From an uncultured Clostridia bacterium (GTDB taxonomy: Bacteria > Bacillota > Clostridia > TANB77 > CAG-508), in assembly GCA_934122385.1 (NCBI GenBank), contig CAKOWP010000003.1, positions 1 to 48,582 of the forward strand: a DNA stretch of 48,582 nt. Direction: 5' to 3'. Numbering within the stretch: the first letter of the stretch is position 1; each line of letters starts with the position of its first letter. The position numbers were made by a program, and so were the translations under genes. The notes below the pieces were generated by a model. That model was not told where the DNA came from, searched no databases, and saw nothing but the letters and a program-made list of their open reading frames with translations. Below, one piece after another: positions 45,001 to 48,582 of the stretch.

Positions 45001-45130
45001 GGACGTTCCTGAAAATCCCTTTTTCAAGGGAATGGGGGACACTCCTTTAGATTGTAAAATGTTTTGAATTTTAAAAGGAATGTCCCTTTATCCCGATTTG
45101 AAGGGAATTTAAGGAACGTCCCTAAATCCC
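44992..45130. repeat. GGGAC-type 139-bp palindrome, element H
   Basis: Terminal inverted repeat GGGATTTAGGGACGTTCCT(G) / (A)AGGAACGTCCCTAAATCCC at 19/20. The inner pair GGGGACACTCCTTT / AAAGGAATGTCCCT has one mismatch. Four GGGAC/GTCCC motifs. The left arm encodes the last codons and stop of the AlaRS-like ORF. Confidence 0.8.
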
Positions 45131-45154
45131 CTCCGAGAGAAAGGAAAGGTAAAA

Positions 45155-45499
45155 ATGGAAGATTGTTTATTTTGTAAAATAATAAAAGGTGAAATTCCTT
45201 CAACAAAAGTATATGAAGATGATGAAATATTGGCATTTAATGATATAAATCCAGCAGCGCCAATTCATATATTAGTAATTCCTAAAAAACATATAACTTC
45301 ATTAGCACATATGGAAAAAGAAGATGAAACAATTGTTGGAAAAATATATGGAGTTATAAATAAAATAGCAGATGAAAAAGGTTTTAAGGAAAGTGGATAT
45401 AGAGTTATTGTAAATTGTGGAAAAGATGCGGGACAAGAAGTTATGCATTTGCATTTTCATGTTTTAGCAGGTGCTAAATTTGGAGATAAGATAGTATAA
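45155..45499 (+). CDS. hinT: HIT-family (HinT-like) nucleotide-binding protein
   Basis: CLFCKII.GEIP..KVYEDDEILAFNDINP and the histidine triad HLHFHVLAG. Confidence 0.85.
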   Translation: MEDCLFCKIIKGEIPSTKVYEDDEILAFNDINPAAPIHILVIPKKHITSLAHMEKEDETIVGKIYGVINKIADEKGFKESGYRVIVNCGKDAGQEVMHLHFHVLAGAKFGDKIV

Positions 45500-45699
45500 T
45501 TAATTAGGATATATAAAATTAATAAAGCATATAAAATTAATATTGAAATTAGGTATATTGGATATTAGTTTTATAACAGTTATTAGTACATCAGAAAACA
45601 AAAGTTAACATAAAAAAATAAAAATTTGTAAAAAAATTGTAAAATGAACTTTTATATGTTATAATGTAATTAGAGTTTAAAAGTACGGAGGTAAAAGGT

Positions 45700-46374
45700 A
45701 TGTTTGAGAGTAAATATAGTAAAGTATTAACAGTAGTGTTAGTAATAGTAATTATAGCAATAGTTGCACTATTAGGATTTTTATCTTATGATTTTATAAA
45801 AAAATATAATACATCAAAACAAGCATCAGACTTTGTAGAAGAATATCAAGGAAATCTTACAACAAGTGACCAAGGAAATGATACAGTTCAAGAGAATGTT
45901 ACATTAGATGATGCAAATGAAGCACCAATAACAAGTACTAGCACAAGTGGAAATTCAGGAAAGAAAAAATATGAAGGATTTACAGTAGTTGGTACTATGA
46001 AAATTCCTGCAATAAATTTGGAATACCCAATTGTTCAAGAAGTATCAACAAAAGCTTTAGAGAAAGCTTTAATAGCATTGTATCCAAGTGGTGATAATTT
46101 AAATTTACCTGGTAATACAGTTGTTATCGGTCATAATTATAGAAATGGAATGTTTTTCTCTAATTTGAAAAAACTAACTAATGGAGCAAAAATATATGTA
46201 ACTGATTTTAGAGGTAAATCATTAACATATGAAGTTTATAATAAATTTGAGGCTTCTTCAACAGATACATCTTTCTATACTAGAGATACAAACGGGTTAG
46301 CCGAATTAACATTATCAACTTGTACAGATGCAAGTAATGATCAAAGAACAATAATTTTTGCTAAACAAATTTAA
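45700..46374 (+). CDS. Sortase-family transpeptidase
   Basis: N-terminal TM anchor, VIGHNYRNG (catalytic His), LTLSTCTD (TLxTC Cys) and QRTIIFA (Arg). No LPXTG substrate recognised in the window. Confidence 0.75.
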   Translation: MFESKYSKVLTVVLVIVIIAIVALLGFLSYDFIKKYNTSKQASDFVEEYQGNLTTSDQGNDTVQENVTLDDANEAPITSTSTSGNSGKKKYEGFTVVGTMKIPAINLEYPIVQEVSTKALEKALIALYPSGDNLNLPGNTVVIGHNYRNGMFFSNLKKLTNGAKIYVTDFRGKSLTYEVYNKFEASSTDTSFYTRDTNGLAELTLSTCTDASNDQRTIIFAKQI

Positions 46375-46390
46375 TTATATATATAAAAGG

Positions 46391-46418
46391 GCTTACAAGA
46401 AATTGTAGGCTTTTTTCT
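46391..46418 (+). terminator. Intrinsic terminator of the sortase gene
   Basis: Stem GCTTACAA/TTGTAGGC (one T.G pair) followed by TTTTTTCT. That T-tract is the target duplicated by element F. Confidence 0.6.
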
Positions 46419-46652
46419 GTTACAGTTCAGTAAGGAAAATTCCTGAAATACCTGCGAATGATATTTTTCATATTTTCTCAGGTTCCCTACATGATGTTAA
46501 CAAATTCTAATGTAAATACTCTAACAATACCCGAAGGCAGGACCCTTTAGAGCATTTACTTAAGAATTTGTAACATTATTTTGGTCACATTCGAAATATA
46601 TTCAAAATATCATTCGCAGGTATTTCAGGGATTTTCCTTACTGAACTGTAAC
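46419..46652 (+). mobile_element. Short foldback element, copy F (MITE-like, perfect 8-bp target-site duplication)
   Basis: 234 bp. Termini are GTTACAGTTCAGTAAGGAAAA... and ...TTTTCCTTACTGAACTGTAAC. Flanked by TTTTTTCT at 46411-46418 and 46653-46660. Confidence 0.9.
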
Positions 46653-46748
46653 TTTTTTCTTTATAAAATTTGCAGAATTTAAAAAAAATACTTTAAAAAA
46701 ACAAGAAAATGTTATACAATATACGAAAAGTAAAAAAAGGAGAAAGGT

Positions 46749-48435
46749 ATGAACAAAAAATGGCAAATATATGAGGCAGATACAAAAGAAACAAACAGAA
46801 TAGCAGAGAAATATAAAATAAATAAACTGCTAGCATCAATAATTGTAAATAGAAAAATAAAAGATGAAAATATAGAAATATTTTTACATCCAACAAGACA
46901 AAATTTTCATGATCCATTTTTAATGCCAGATATGAATATTGCGGTAGAGAGAATAATAAAAGCAATAGAAAATAACGAAAAAACAATAATATATGGAGAT
47001 TATGATGTAGATGGAATAACAAGTATAACAGTATTAAAAAGCTTTTTAGAAGATAGAGGATTACATGTAGATTCATATATTCCAAACAGATTAGAAGAAG
47101 GATATGGCTTAAACAAACCAGCCATAGAAAAAATAGCACAAGAAAATTACACTTTAATGATAACAGTTGACACAGGAATTTCTGGAATAGAAGAAATCGA
47201 ATATGCAAATTCTTTAGGAATTGAAACGATAGTAACAGACCATCACGAAGTAGGAGATGAATTGCCAAAAGCACTTGCCGTAGTTGATGCAAAAAGAAAA
47301 GACAATCAATATCCTTGCAGAGATTTGGCGGGAGTTGGTGTTGTATTTAAATTAATACAAGCATTGCGGAAAAAAATTAGAATTAGACGAAAAAGAATAC
47401 TTAAAATACTTAGACATTGTGTGTGTTGGAACAATATCAGATATAGTTCCATTAGTTGATGAAAATAGAGTTATAACAAAATTAGGATTATTACTTGTAG
47501 CGCAAACAAAAAATATGGGCCTAAGGTCATTACTAATGTCTTCAGGGTATAAAAATTTGGACTCAACAACTATATCTTTTGGCGTTGCACCAAGAATAAA
47601 TGCATGTGGAAGAATGGGACATGCAGATGAGGCATTGAAACTATTTTTATCAAAAGATATTTACGAAGTAAATGAACTCACAAAGAAATTAAATGATTAT
47701 AATAAAATGAGACAAGAAAAAGAAAAATCAATTTATGAAGATGCAGTAAATCAAATTGAAAAGAACAAGTTATATGAAAATTGTGCAATAGTTGTTGGTG
47801 GAGATAATTGGCATCATGGAGTTATTGGAATTGTATCTTCAAAAATAACAGATTTGTATTTTAAACCAAGTATTTTATTGTGTTATGACAACGAATTAGC
47901 AAAAGGCTCAGGTAGAAGCATTCCAGGTTTTGACTTGCATGATGCATTAATGAAATGCCAAGATACAATTGAAAAATTTGGTGGACACAGTATGGCAATA
48001 GGAATTACAATTAAAAAGGACAATTTTGATAAGTTTGCAAAAGAACTTGAACATATTGCAAAAGATTCAAAAATAGATGAAATTATTCCTATCATAAATG
48101 TTGACGCAAAAATCAATTTAAACGAAGTAAGTAGAGAAACTGTTGAAAGTTTGAAACAACTAGAACCATTTGGTGAAGGAAATAAGACACCAATATTTGC
48201 ATTGAAAAATTTGAAAGTTGATTCTATTAGAAGTTTGTCAGAAGGTAAACATATAAAAATGACTTTAAAAGATGGTAATTCTGTTGTAAATGCAATAGGT
48301 TTTAATTTAGGTTATTTAGCAGATGAATATAGAATTGGTGACAAGATTGATGTTGTTGGAACTTTGGAAATTAATAGTTTTAATGGGGTTGATAGTTTAC
48401 AAATTAATATTAAAGATGTTATGAAGTCAATATAA
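46749..48435 (+). pseudogene. recJ: Single-stranded-DNA exonuclease RecJ, interrupted by a 1-nt frameshift in an A7 run
   Basis: ORF 46749-47459 carries DHH motifs (IIYGDYDVDGITS, TVDTG, IVTDHH, LAGVGVVFKLIQAL). ORF 47419-48435, one base out of frame (+1 relative to the first), continues with VGTISDIVPLVDENR ... GGHSMAIG (DHHA1). The frames join if one A is removed from A7 at 47370-47376, giving ...QALRKKLELDEKEYLKYLDIVCVGTISD.... Confidence 0.8.
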
Positions 48436-48496
48436 AATATTTTAAAAATAATAGAAATATAACTATTCTTTTTATAATAAAAAGAGGGGTGAAAAA

Positions 48497-48582
48497 ATGC
48501 AAGAGAACAATAAAGAAATAACAATACAAGATGTAATATCAAAAAAGAAAGAAACAAGCAGAAGAGTAGATACGAAGTTAAT
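48497..48582 (+). CDS. 5' end of an unidentified ORF running off the window
   Basis: ATG 48497 lies 6-7 nt after GAGGGGTGA. MQENNKEITIQDVISKKKETSRRVDTKL is open to the window end. Too short to identify. Confidence 0.3.
   Translation, partial: MQENNKEITIQDVISKKKETSRRVDTKL

Noticed and set aside
44992-45130. Cloverleaf-like alternative fold of element H interpreted as a tRNA or tmRNA-like gene
   Set aside because: There is no T-loop (GTTCRANYC), D-loop or anticodon architecture. At 139 nt it is too long. The symmetry is that of a DNA palindrome.
45024-45236. 70-aa minus-strand ORF across element H and the hinT start
   Set aside because: Its translation is driven by the GGGAC/GTCCC repeats (GDLGTF...DKGTF). 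It overlaps the hinT start and has no RBS.
2534-46660. Possibility that the dispersed repeats are a CRISPR array or its remnants
   Set aside because: The repeats are 140-470-bp palindromes at separate loci, not 25-40-bp direct repeats with regular spacers. No cas genes are present in the window.
46693-47292. 199-aa Leu/Phe-rich ORF on the minus strand
   Set aside because: It is antisense to the DHH domain of recJ. Its hydrophobic low-complexity translation is typical of reverse-strand artefacts.

Overview
This is an AT-rich chromosomal core segment (roughly 28-30% GC by eye) from an endospore-forming Firmicute, Clostridia-like. No rRNA, tRNA, CRISPR array, integrase or transposase gene is visible. 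Gene content from start to end: rplT 3' end; spoVAC-spoVAD-spoVAE with a dodecin-like ORF (minus strand); rsmB; a complete 11-gene type IV pilus locus (pilMN, pilO, a small membrane ORF, a short pilin, pilD, two pilin-like ORFs, pilB, pilT, pilC); ROK glucokinase and a lone transketolase C-subunit; ftsEX followed by two coiled-coil M23 peptidases and ctpA; pgsA; greA; deoD; stp-prkC, an inserted MNT/HEPN pair, then rsgA-rpe; a beta-helix membrane protein; a family-5 solute-binding protein; recA, a tandem-repeat coiled-coil ORF, recX; scpA, a Nudix gene, ytfI-ytfJ; spoIIAA-spoIIAB-sigF-spoIID and a SpoIIQ-like M23; a short AlaRS-like gene; hinT; a sortase; and a frameshifted recJ. The most unusual signal lies outside the genes. 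Roughly a third of the intergenic DNA (about 2.3 kb by hand count) consists of related long imperfect palindromes (foldback elements A, B, C, D, G, E, F), GGGAC-type palindromes (H) and three ~45-nt hairpin units. Three foldback copies have termini GTTACARTTCA and 8-bp direct flanking repeats (TTATAGTA perfect, TTTTTTCT perfect, TTAAAATA/TTAAAAAA 7 of 8), so they look like non-autonomous MITE-type elements with no autonomous partner in the window. Copies differ by complementary changes on both arms. Secondary points: the pilus locus has pilins lacking Glu+5 and a peptidase with no recognisable GxGD motif. Several conserved operons show synteny oddities.
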